Part shown: positions 52,480 to 64,000 of the stretch, in pieces | How the letters are laid out: each line of letters begins with the position of its first letter | Position numbering within the stretch: the first letter of the stretch is position 1 | Origin: Octopus sinensis | Taxonomy: Eukaryota | NCBI RefSeq assembly: GCF_006345805.1 | Contig: NC_043016.1 | Coordinates: forward strand, 9,238,001-9,302,000 | DNA length: 64,000 nt | Direction of reading: 5' to 3' | Translations under genes and position numbers: made by a program | The notes under the pieces: model-generated | The model's database searches: none | Told to the model about the DNA's origin: nothing | What the model saw: the letters and a program-made list of their open reading frames with translations, nothing else

Positions 52480-53094
52480 GAAAGATTATATCTATAAAAT
52501 GTTATATTGTTTTAATCAAAATGAAAGCAAAATTTCGTATTGACAATGGCCAGCCTTCACATACGTATAATAAGATAGACCCACACAGACATACATTCAC
52601 ACATATCAGTTGTCATATATGTATATGTGTATAGATGTGTGTGTTTAATAATGTACCTAATGCAGAAAGACACACACACTGAGACATATACACACTCATA
52701 CACTCATACACACATACACTCACAGACAGATACACTGTCATGTACAAAAGGTGATGTCGTCGTCGTCGTTGTGGTATAAAACGTCCTGTTGACAATAGAA
52801 AGATTATCTCTATGAAAAGTTATATTGTCTTAATCAAGATGAAAATAAAATTTCATATTGACACTGACCAGCCCTCACATACATATAGTGTGTTTAATAA
52901 TGTACCTAATGAAGAAAGACGCACTGTGAGATATACACTCACACATATACATTCACAGACAGATAGTCATATACAAAATGTGATGTCGTCATCAGTTATC
53001 ACATGTATATATATATATATAATGTGACCTCGTGTGTACCGTTGGCGATTTTTTTCCCTCTGTCTTCCCTTCTCTGGATCTTTCCGTCTCCTAT

Positions 53095-53129
53095 GTTTCC
53101 GACGAAGAGCTCCGCTCGAAACGTTAAAC
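53095..53129 (+). ncRNA. Minimal (dimer-type) hammerhead ribozyme motif in a roughly 200-bp element between (TA)n tracts (53020-53218)
   Basis: GTTT-CCGACGA-A-GAGC-TCC-GCTC-GAAA-CGT-T-AAAC: stem I GTTT/AAAC, stem II GAGC/GCTC, palindromic ACGT stem III; U4C core variant. Confidence 0.65.
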
Positions 53130-53218
53130 CCTCCTTCTTTCCTGAGCGTCCAATAATACTAAATTTGTTCCACGTCCTCGTGTTGTGTTTTTTTGTGCTT
53201 TCTTGTTTGGATTAACTT

Positions 53219-53249
<31 letters not shown>

Positions 53250-56200
53250 ATGTTTAATAATATATCATTACATATGTATACCTTTGTGTTGATGTGTGCA
53301 TTTAATAACATAGCTAACACAGAAAAACACTTACGCTATATATACACACACTCATACACTTATGCACATACAGTCACAGACAGATAAACAGTCATATACA
53401 GAATGTGATTTTGGCGTCGCCGTTGTTATAAAATGTCCTGTTGACAATAGAAAGATTGCAGCATGGAAGATGCTTGTAAGCCATTCAAGAACACACAAAA
53501 ACCATTAGTTTGACTTCAACATTTAAATTTCATTTGTGTCAAAATATTTTCCTTGCATTGAAACCATGACCTGTTCACTGACAAAACTTCTTGCTTCATC
53601 TGAGAAAGTAACAGTTAGTTCAGGATATATATATATGTTTATGTATGTATGTGTATATGCATGTATATATATATATGTGTGTAAATGCACATGCATATAC
53701 ATATATTTGTATGTATATATGTTAGCATAAGTGTATAGACATGTCTGCGTGTGTGTATATGTGTATGTACATGAAATGTATGTTTATGTACTTGTATGTG
53801 TGTCTGTTCAAGTTGTATATATAACTGTTACTCCATCGAAGATTGTGTATATATATGTCCCAAGCACATGGTGTTAGATCGAGTCACTTGCTATGCAAGT
53901 ACATCTCCATAAATAGAAAGATTATCTCTATGAAATGTTGTATTGTTTTAATTGAAATGAAAATATAATTTCGTATTGACACTGATCAGCTCTCACATAC
54001 ATACAGTCTGTTTAATAACATACCTAGCGCGAAAAGACATGCACACACCCTGTGGGGTATATGCACACTCATACACATGCATTCACAGAGACACAATCAT
54101 ATACAAAATGTGACATCGTTAGAATTAAAAGTAAAAGTATAAAAATGAAACAATATATCACATTACACTATAGATGTTATTCTTTCACTTTTACTTGTTG
54201 ACTTTTGACAAGTAATACAGGACCAGTGCCAATGTTGCATTGTTTTAATCCCCAGAAATTACATGTTGACACTCACGGGGTCTGATGGTATTACTATGTA
54301 GGCGACAGTTGGCAGAATCATCAGCAAGCTGGGTGAAATGCTTCGTGGTAATTCGTCTGCCGTTACGTTGTGAGTTCAAATTCCGCCGAGGTCGACTTTG
54401 CTTTCGGGGTTGATAAATTAAGTACCAGTTATGGTTGTTGGTGTTGTTTCCATTGTTGTTGCTGCCCTTCATCATTCGTTTTGAGTTTTTGCTGTGGTTA
54501 TTTATATATTTGAGTTTACTTGATGTTGCAATAACATCCTCTTACAACAACTCACTGTTGTGGCAATGAAATATGGGAATCAAAATGGCTTGAAATAAAA
54601 GAAAAGAGGCATGTGTGTGTGTTTTGGTGAAGATTTTTTTTGCTATTGTAGTCATGTTACCCTGGTCTATGGTGTTGATCTCCGCTATTTTTGTTGCCAC
54701 TAATACTCGTAAAATTGTTGTTGCTGTCATCACAGATGTATTGCTGTTGTTGTTGTTGTTGTTCTTGTTGTCATTGCCACTCCTCCATGTGACTAAGAAT
54801 GTTGGGAAGTCTTTGTAAATGAATTCGATGATGGGGGAAGTTGTTGTTTCCTCACACTCTTGATATTGTTGAAAATGGTGCCACAGCCTACTTCACTGCT
54901 GACACGTACCAGTCCTACTGATGTTGCCATAGCCATGTATAAATACACGTTTCCTTCCATACTACATGGAAAAATTTTCACTTTGGCAATCGAAGCATGA
55001 GATGCAGATAAAAGTCTTGTGTTCTACTGCTCTCCTTCTCCAAATTTCAAACGTGTCTTCATTTTTTAATGAAAAAAAAAAAAATTTGTCATAGGCGCAG
55101 GAGTGGCTGTGTCATAAGTAGCTTGCCTACCAACCACATGGTTCTGGGTTCATTCCCACTGCATGGCCCCTTGGGCAAGTGTCTTCTGCTATAGCCTCGG
55201 GCCGACCAAAGCCTTGTGAGTGGATTTGGTAGACGGAAACTGAAAGAAGTGCGTTGTATATATGTACATATATATGTATGTATGTGTATATGTTTGTGTA
55301 TCTGTGTTCGTCCCCGCCCCCAACTTCCGATGCTGGTGTGTTTCCGTCCCCGTAACTTAGCAGTTTGGCAAAAGAGACTGATAGAATAAGTACTAGGTTT
55401 CTAAAGAATAAAGTCCTGGGGTCGATTTGCTCGACTAAAGGCGGTGCTCCAGCATGGCCGCAGTCAAATGACTGAAACAAGTAAATGAGTAAAAGAATAA
55501 CTAAAGATGATGAGGAAAATATTTATCTTGTATGATTAGTGGAGATACAAGCAAGAGTTTATTTACCTTGTTTTTCCTTAGAATGTCTGAAACAGTTTTA
55601 AGGGTGGGGGCGTCCAACTTCTCTGAGAGAAATTAATGAAATACTATGGTAACTTATTAACCCCTTAATATTCATATTACTCTGTGAGATGTAATGCTTC
55701 TTTATTTACATTGTTTTCAGCGCATTATCTTGTAACTTTGAGATTTCAATGATGTGAATGCTTATTTTTAGACTGATGTTGTAGAGTTGGTGCAAGAGGT
55801 CAGATCTAGCCAGTTTGAACATAAAGTGTTGTGGCTTATTTATGATTGCAAACTGATAGTGTTGTGGTTGGAGTTCAAATTCCTATGACATTGTAGGGTA
55901 GGTGTGAAAGGCCAGATCTGGCAAGTTTCAACATAAAACACAGAATATTTGGGCTGGATATGGCCAATTTAAATGCTAAAAGGTTAATCCACATTTCAAC
56001 AGAATTATCAGATACATTGATGTTTCTGAGTATTTGGAGTATTTGGGCCAGATATGGCCAGTTTAAATGCGAAAGAATTAAACTTTGATTTTTGCTGTTA
56101 GAACAGCTAAGATACAATAATTATAATAAACAACCCTGCCACAAACAAACTGCATAGCATGGAATATATTTTTAATTCATTACCTTGGGCAAGTGTCTTC

Positions 56201-56268
56201 TACTATAATCTCGGGCTGACCAAAGCCTTGTGAATGGATTTGGTAGATGGAAACTGAAAGAAGCCCGT

Positions 56269-56307
<39 letters not shown>

Positions 56308-59300
56308 TTGTGTGTCTGTGTTTGTGCCCCCCCCCCCAACATCGCTTGACAACTGATGGTGGTGTGTTTACTTTCCTGTAACTTAGCGGTTCAGCAAAAG
56401 AGACCGATAAAATAAGTACTAGGCTTCCAAAGAATAAGTCCTAGGGTCGATTTGCTCGACTAAAGGTGGTGTTCCAGCATGGCCACAGTCAAATGACTGA
56501 AACAAGTAAAAGAGAGTAAAAGAGAGATCTCAAACAGTACCCTCTCTATATAACATATATTCTATACATTTGCTATCAGTTATTATGATATTATTAAAAT
56601 ACAAGATTACATACATGTTTCTCATGGGTGGGGTGCCGTAAAGATAAAAAAAGGATGTGAACAAATCATTGTCTTTTATTTTCTAACTTTTGTTTTGGTC
56701 ATTAGGCTGCGACCATGCTGGGTTTTTTCTTGAAGGGGTTTTTTTTTTTTTGTCAACTAAATTGATCTTAGTATTATTATTTTTTTAAGCCTGCTACTTA
56801 TTCTATCAGTCTCTTTGCTGAGCCACTAAGTTATGAGGACACAAAACTAACCAACACGAGCTGTCAAGTAGTGGTGGTGGGGTGACAAGCACACGCACGT
56901 TCACACACACACATATATGACTAGCTTCTTTTAGTTTCTACCTACCAAATTCACTCACAAGGCTTTGGTCGGCCTGAGGCTATAGTAGAAGATACTTACC
57001 CAAGGTGTCACACAATGGGACTGAACCCAGAACCATGTGGCTGGGAAGCAAACTTCTTTTATTCATTATATTTGTTCCTTCTCGAGCCATGCCTGTCTCA
57101 TAAGGGCTGGTTTCCCGGTTTCCTTGTCGTATAGGTTCCCCACCCAGACAGGATGCCGGTCCGTCACAGGTGAGCTGCTAGATACAAAAGGAAAGAGCAA
57201 GAGAAAGTTGTGACGGAAGAGTCAGCAGAAGTTCGCCATTATCTTCTGCTGGAGCCGCGTGGAGCTTAGGTGTTTCGCTCATAAACACACACATCGCTCA
57301 GTCTGAGATTCGAACCCACGAGTCCGTTGCTCTAACCACTAGGCCATGTGCCTCCACTTTTATTCATATTGGCCATAAAGGCCTTACATAGAGGAACGAA
57401 GCTGTAGGCTGGACATAGACATAATGTTATATGAAATGACAAATGAAAATGATGATAAATGAGAGCAACAACTGACTCCCACCAATCACTGCTTTCCCGA
57501 GAACATTGATCTTTTATAATTTCATTCACAAATCAAAAAGCAAAATGTGGCACTAAGCCTCTTACTTTTATTTTCAATTAACAATAACATTCAGTAAACA
57601 TTTAGGCACTAAAGCCTCTTTATCCTTCCTCTCCGACCCGACCAGGCTGTATGCCTCCCGCAGGTAATGCTCCAGCTCCAGGTCTGAGCCTTCTGGGGCC
57701 CTGACCCGGAAGCAAACTTCTTACCACACAACCATGCCTGCACCTATCCTATCCACACAGCCACCAATTTCAATGGCTTTTGTTCAACATCATGGGAAAA
57801 GAAAGAAGCATTATATGAATGCAAACATTTTTTTTTGTCGTCTCATCGTTAAATCGGTAGGTCAAAACATTTCGCTAAATTTTTTTTTTTTTGTCTGCTG
57901 GCATGTGGGCAAGGGTGGGATCGGGGTGGGTGGGAGATCAGGATTTGTCAGTTTGAGAACACCATCCGACATAATAAACTCCCCGCTTTCCCATAAATTC
58001 ATAACAACTCACATAATGCATATTCAACACTCGTCACACAACATTCATCCTAACGAGCCAGCCAGCCAGCCAGCCAGTCAGCCAACCTAGGAACTGAATA
58101 GAACAGCACAATGCACAGTTCACATATTTTCTAATTAACAGGCAAAAACACTAAAGTGACATCAAAGGTAACTGATCAAACCTCCCACAACAAAGCAAAA
58201 CGAATACAATCTACAAAACATGCAATACAATGCTCTTGTGAAGGTGTGTGGACTAGTGGGTAGGATATTCGGCTCATCATCGTAAGGCCCTGATTTCAAT
58301 TCTTGGCAGTGCATTGTGTCCTTGAGCAAGACTCTTTTATTTTGCATTGCTCCATTCCATTCAGCTGGGAAAAATGGGAAGTACATGTATTTCAAAGGAC
58401 CGACCATGTCACATTCTGTGTCAAACTGAATCTCTCTGAGAACTACGTTAAGAGTATGCATGTCTGTGGAGTGCTCAGCCATTTGCACGTTAATTTCATG
58501 AGCAGGCTGTTCCGTTGATTGGACCAACTGGAACACTCACCGTTGCAACTGAGTCCAAATTTTTTGTTTTCTTTTTCTTATAAATCCCACAAAAGAAAAC
58601 AGTGCACACATCTCAAAAAACACAGCAATGTATCTGATAATTCTGTTGAAATGTGCATTAACCTTTTAGCATTTAAATTGGTCATATCCAGCCCAAAAAT
58701 ATTCTGTTTTATGTTGAAACTAGCCAGATCTGGCCTTTCCCACCTACCCTACAATGCTATAGGAATTTGAACTCCAACCACAAAATTATCAGTTTGCAAT
58801 CATGAATAAGCCACAACACTTTAATGTAATTGATCTAAAAGTTGACCAATCATCTTGAAGCAGTGGCTCCTTGAATATTCTTGGGATTCATGCCCTTTTA
58901 CCCTAGTTAAGCAGTGTCGTGCCTAAATCACTAAAACCAGCAGACTGCAGTTAGCCTTCAAGCAAGACAGGTCACAGCAGAGCACAACTAGCTTTCAAAC
59001 ATAACCCATCACAGTTCTCTTTTCCAGGCTTCTACAATCATCATCAACATCGTTTAACATCTGCTTTCCATGCTAGCATGGGTTGGACGATTTGACTGAG
59101 AGCTGGCAAACCAGATGGCTGCACCTGGCTCCAATCTGATCTGGCAGAGTTTCTACAGCTGGATGCCCTTCCTAACGCCAACCACTCTGAGAGTGTAGTG
59201 GGTGCTTTTACATGCCACCGGCACAAGGGCCAGTCAGGTGGTACTGGCAACGGCCACGCTCAAATGGTGCTTTTTATGTGCCACCTGCACAGGAGCCAGT

Positions 59301-59559
59301 CTGGCGGCACTGGCAACGACCTCGCTCAAATGTTGTTTTTTTCAATGTGCAGTGATTATTGTATCTGCATTTCTCTCTTACAGACATCTAATGTCTAAGC
59401 CAATACAGTAAATCTATTCCCACATATTATTCTGACAACTGGTGAATCTGTGATAATTTGTGCAGTTATATGCACAGTACTATATCAGTAAAATACAGCT
59501 GAGCGTTTGTCATGTTGCTTCTTTTATATTATGTGCAGCATTCCTGAACTTATATTCAA

Positions 59560-59921
59560 CTAGCAGCTAAGCCCGGTTTCACCCGGTCTGTTTGAATGAT
59601 GTGGCTGTGATCGTTTTCGGGTAGGCATAATCTACAACATCGTTTCTCAACCCTATCATTTCAGGTCCCCTGTTTCTATTGGAGCTTCCAGCTGTATGGA
59701 TATTTCCTGACTCACCCCACCCCTGTCAGAAAACAGCTTCAGGAGTTGTGAAGAACGAATTTGTACATAGTCTGGGGGAATTCCATTAGAAGGTTTTAAT
59801 CAATTTTCTTGGTAACTATGGTGGGGCTAGGAAAAAAATACAAACCGCATTCCAATCTATGTACCTGTTTCCACATGTATGCCATTTTTCACGATCGCCC
59901 ATGTCCAATTTATATTATAGA
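59560..59921 (-). mobile_element. Non-autonomous Helitron H3
   Basis: TCTATAATATAAATTGG 5' end; ACCGGGTGAAACCGGG hairpin + CTAG|T. Confidence 0.8.
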
Positions 59922-60306
59922 CTAGTAGTATCACCTGGCATTGCTCGGGTTTGTTTTGACCCTTTAGAATTGGAATTTTTGAAAAAATTTGCATTATGTA
60001 GCTTGTTATTCTCTTTAAGTGAACATTTTTCTGGTTGAAATACACCGAAAAATGGCAACACAGCAGTCAAAAAATCATTAAAAAATAGGGATTTCCATAG
60101 AAAAAAAGCGCCTTTTTGATGTAAATAATTTTTGGTGTTAACATGGTCCGATTTGAATTTTATCTTCTACGGAATGAAGAGTAAGCCTTCTTCTATCATA
60201 CTCTCAATTTTGGTCAGCTTGCGTCGCAGGGTCTTGGAGGAGATAGTATTAGTTGAAGGCTACCAAACCTGCCACACACAGACAACTTCAGCTTTATATA
60301 TATAGA
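59922..60306 (-). mobile_element. Non-autonomous Helitron H4 fused directly to the 5' TC of H3
   Basis: A|TCTATATATATAAAGCTG 5' end; CCCGAGCAATGCCAGG hairpin + CTAG abutting TC of H3. Confidence 0.82.
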
Positions 60307-61140
60307 TTAAGAGCACTTCCCGTTTGATTTTTGAGGCGATTCGGTCAAAGAACTGATAAGCAAATCTGTGGTATTGAGCAGAATATTTGCTGTAGCCCAT
60401 CTTTTATACCAAGATAAAACAATGCACATGATAACACTTCCAATCAGTTAAGATCAGAAGCCACGAGAGCCACTGCCTGGTACTGCATCAGAGAATTATT
60501 ATTATCATCCGAAATCGAACTGAACCAGCAGGATCCCTGGTCTGGTGGTACGTAAAAAGCACTATCCGACTCGTGGCCAATGCCAGCGCCGCCTCCACTG
60601 GCTCCCGTGCCGGTGGCACATAAAATACACCAATCCGACCGTGGCCGTTGCCAGCCTCGCCTGGCACCTGTGCAGGTGGCACGTAAAAAGCACCCACTAC
60701 ACTCACGGAGTGGTTGGCGTTAGGAAGGGCATCCAGCTGTAGAAACATTGCCAGATAAGACTGGAGCCTGGTGCAACCGTCCAACCCATGCTAGCATGGA
60801 GAACGGACGTTAAACGATGATGATGATGATCATCATCATCATCATCATCCAGTCATTTGGAGATAATATCTTTCTGTACCACATGATTGATTCTGCAGGT
60901 AGCATTTTCAATGTCTTGGCAGCTACCCTTGATGAATGCGCTGCTTTCCTTAATTGCCCTTTCAACTTCAAAACAATCAGCTTTGTTCGATGAACCTTTC
61001 TGTCGGCTTCATTTTAGGTAATATCTCTTTTACCTCCTCTCATTCCGCAACTGCTGTAGCAGCATTTCCATGTCACCCTGCTTTTTGGTGCCAGTAAGGT
61101 AGAGTGTGCTACTACTGTTTCGCACACACTTTATCTTACC

Positions 61141-61580
61141 TCTTTCTTTACTACCCACAAGGGGCCAAACATAGAAGGGACAAACAAGGACAGACAACGG
61201 ATTAAGTTGATTATATCGACCCCAGTGCGTAACTGGTACTTAATTTATCGACCCCCAAAAGGATGAAAGGCAAAATCGACCTTGGCGGAATTTGAACTCA
61301 GAACGTATCGACAGGCGGGATACCTATTTCTTTACTACCCACAAGGGGCCAAACAAGGACAGACACACGGATTAAGTTGATTACATCGACCCCAGTGCAT
61401 AACTGGTACTTATTTAATTGACCCTGAAAGGATGAAAGGCAAAGTTGACCTTGGCGGAATTTGAACTCAGAATGTAGCGGCAGACGAAATACCACTGAGA
61501 CTTTCGCCTGGCATGCTAACAATTCTGCCAGCTCACCACCATCTCGCCCGGCGTGCTAACGATGCTTCCAGCTCGCTGCC
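61141..61580 (-). mobile_element. Nin-domain SINE dimer with duplicated head
   Basis: 13-bp TSD ACTTTATCTTACC 61128-61140/61581-61593. Confidence 0.85.
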
Positions 61581-63573
61581 ACTTTATCTTACCAACAATA
61601 CCCTAATTTTATTGACTGATTTTACTGACTTTTACTGAGTTGAGGTTTCTCTCCATCGCTGTGCTAAGTTTACTGTTTTCTTCTTCTTCTTCTTCTCTTT
61701 TTTTTTTACTACAAGCAGTATTTAAAAGTAAACTTCAAAGGTTTTACAAGGAATGGTCGTCAGTCATTTGAGTGGTGGGGTGGGGATGAATTGCACCATT
61801 TATAACAGCCATTAGTGAAGGTGGTATTATGCAGACTGCATCACCATCACCATCACCATCATCATCCTCCTCATCATTATTACCACCATCATCATCATCA
61901 TCATCATCACAATTTATGTATAAGAGCGCAGGAGTGGCTGTGTGGTAAGTAGCTAGCTTACCAACCACATGGTTCTGGGTTCAGTCCTACTGCGTGGCAC
62001 CTTGGGACTTTGGGCAAGTGTCTTCTGCTATAGCCTCGGGCCAACCAAAGCCTTGTGAGTGGATTTGGTAGACAGAAACTGAAAGAAGCCTGTCGTATAT
62101 ATATATCTATATGTATATATGTGTTTGTTGTTTGTGTCTGTGTTTGTTCCCCCCAACATTGCTTGACAACTGATGCTGGTGTGCCTACATCCCCGTAACT
62201 TAGTGGTTCAGCAAAAAGAGACTGATAGAATAAGTACTAAGCTTACAAAGAATAGTCATGGGGTTGATTTTATTCAACTAAAGGTGGTGCTCCAGCATGA
62301 CCGCAGTCAAATGACTGAAACAAGTAAAAGAGTAGTAAAGAGAGTATAGCTATCAATGGTTACAGGTTTCCAACAAGCTAAGTAAAATCACAGTTGTGAC
62401 AAATGTCACACAAACGGCACCTGTGCCAGTGGCATGTAAAAGCACCCATTACATTCTCAGAGTGGTTGGCATTAGGAAGGGCATCCAGCTGTAGAAACTA
62501 TGTCACATCAGCCTTCTGGCTTGCCAGCCCTGGTCAAACCATCCAACCAATGCCAGCATGGACAACGGATGTTAAAGGACGATGATGATGTTGGTTCACT
62601 GTTTTTTTGTTTTTTTTTTGATAGTGAGAGTAACAAGGGAGTATAATGTAACTCAGTGCAGAGGACTTCATACTCTGTAAACGGTTTTTGTTACATACAC
62701 TCCCTTGTCACTACTCTTGCCATTAGAAACCGATGATTGGCAGTGAGCCAATGATTAGCTTTCTGGAAACCTGTAGCCAATCACAACACTATGCATAATT
62801 ATTGTTTTTAAAATATTTATGCAGGAGAAAATGTGCATATGTATGTGCATGAACATGTGTATCATCATCATCATCATCATCATCATCGTTTAACGTCCGC
62901 TTTCCATGCTAGCATGGGTTGGACGGTTCAACTGGGGTCTGGCAAACCCGAAGGCTGCACCAGGCCAGTCAGATCTGGCAGTGTTTCTACAGCTGGATGC
63001 CCTTCCTAACGCCAACCACTCCGAGAGTGTAGTGGGTGATTTTATGTGCCACCGACACAGGTGTCAGACGAGGCTGGCAGACGGTCACGCTCGAATGGTG
63101 TTTTTTATGTGCCACCGACACAGGTGCCAGACGAGGGTGGCAGACGGCCACGCTCGGATGGTGTTTTTTATGTGCCACCGACACAGGTGCCAGACGAGGC
63201 TGGCAAACGGCTACGATCGGATGGTGTTTGTTACGTGCCCACAGCACGGGGCCAGTCGATGCGGTACTGGCTACGGTCCCGTTCGGATGGTTTTCTTATG
63301 TGCCACCGGCACTGGTACCACAAGGATACAAATTCCATTGATGTTCATCTATTGATTTGATTCGATTTGACTTGACTTTCACTTGCCTCAACAGGTCTTC
63401 ACAAGTATCACAAGCAGGAAGGTATGCACAGGTGGACTGACTACGTCCCAGGTAGTGGCCATGGGTTATGGCTTCACTAGTCTTGCCGGGTCTTCTCACG
63501 CACAGCATACTTCCATAGGTCTCGGTCTCTAGTCATTGTATGTATGTCTATATGTGTGTGTGGTAGTAGTAGT

Positions 63574-63605
<32 letters not shown>

Positions 63606-64000
63606 CAGCAGCAGCAGTACTAGTAATAGTAGTAGTAGTAGTTGATTCTTTACAGTTTCCATCTAGCTAGTTGCTCTAACATCCCACAGCCATCACCACC
63701 ATCTCTATCTTCTTTCCAGCTACTCCCACCCACCCTTATATGATGCAGGTTAACCTTGTATCTCCTCTATATTACAAGACACCTGGGTTTGTCATTCCAT
63801 CACATTGTAGCCTCTCAACACCTGACATAGAACCATCACCCCCTCCTCCTCCTCCCCCCTCAAATACTAATCACCACACCCATGTAGTTGAGGAGGCTTT
63901 CTCCTTTGTCACTTACTTTTCTTCTTTTCTTCCTGTCCTTTTCTTGTCTTGCCAGTTACTTGGTGTCATCACTAGTGTCTGTGGAATGGAAAAAAAGGCA

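Larger units (their letters stand above)
51640..54120 (+). repeat. Local imperfect tandem array (about 6 units of 200-300 bp) in AIP intron 2
   Basis: Recurrent TTTAATAACATAC..CACACTCATAC..ATACAAAATGTGA..GGTATAAAATGTC..GACAATAGAAAGATT blocks; interrupted by a MITE and the hammerhead element. Confidence 0.75.

Noticed and set aside
54790-55070. Minus-strand peptide with a faint resemblance to a divergent homeodomain or pogo N-terminus
   Set aside because: Stops in all frames and similarity too weak to call.
57915-57940. Canonical G-quadruplex motif GGGTGGGATCGGGGTGGGTGGG
   Set aside because: Isolated, no context suggesting function.
46095-64000. Search for AIP exon 3 (expected ..YP.V.KSLR..HCCG..)
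   Set aside because: No matching peptide with splice sites found; AG/GT candidates such as 59384-59441 contain stops. Probably beyond the window.

Overview
AT-rich, repeat-saturated eukaryotic DNA. The SINE, RTE and MITE families and (CATA)n/(GAT)n microsatellites point to an octopus genome (inference). Only one intact host gene is supported: the 5' part of AIP (AH receptor-interacting protein) on +. Exon 1 is 36842-36946, exon 2 is 45915-46094, intron positions match human AIP as I recall it, and I found no exon 3 in the window. Almost all other ORFs in the track are microsatellite or transposon artefacts. The rest is TE debris: tRNA-derived SINEs (OR1/OR2/Nin-domain-like), RTE, CR1/L2 and RLE-type LINE fragments, non-autonomous Helitrons, 8-bp-TSD, piggyBac-like and mariner MITEs, and a Gypsy-like LTR with a tRNA-Trp PBS. 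Best leads: (1) three different minimal type I hammerhead ribozyme motifs of the Penelope/retrozyme type, one with a ~100-nt structured stem II; (2) an orphan CAD (ATCase-start) relic split by a CR1-type LINE; (3) an RTE LINE ending in three tandem C2H2 zinc fingers; (4) a SINE whose TSDs start with GGTA(T), matching its own 3' end, and which forms precise headless multimers; (5) a perfect 80-bp inverted repeat and a tRNA-Met-like core enclosed by inverted arms. No database searches were run; family names come from remembered motifs.
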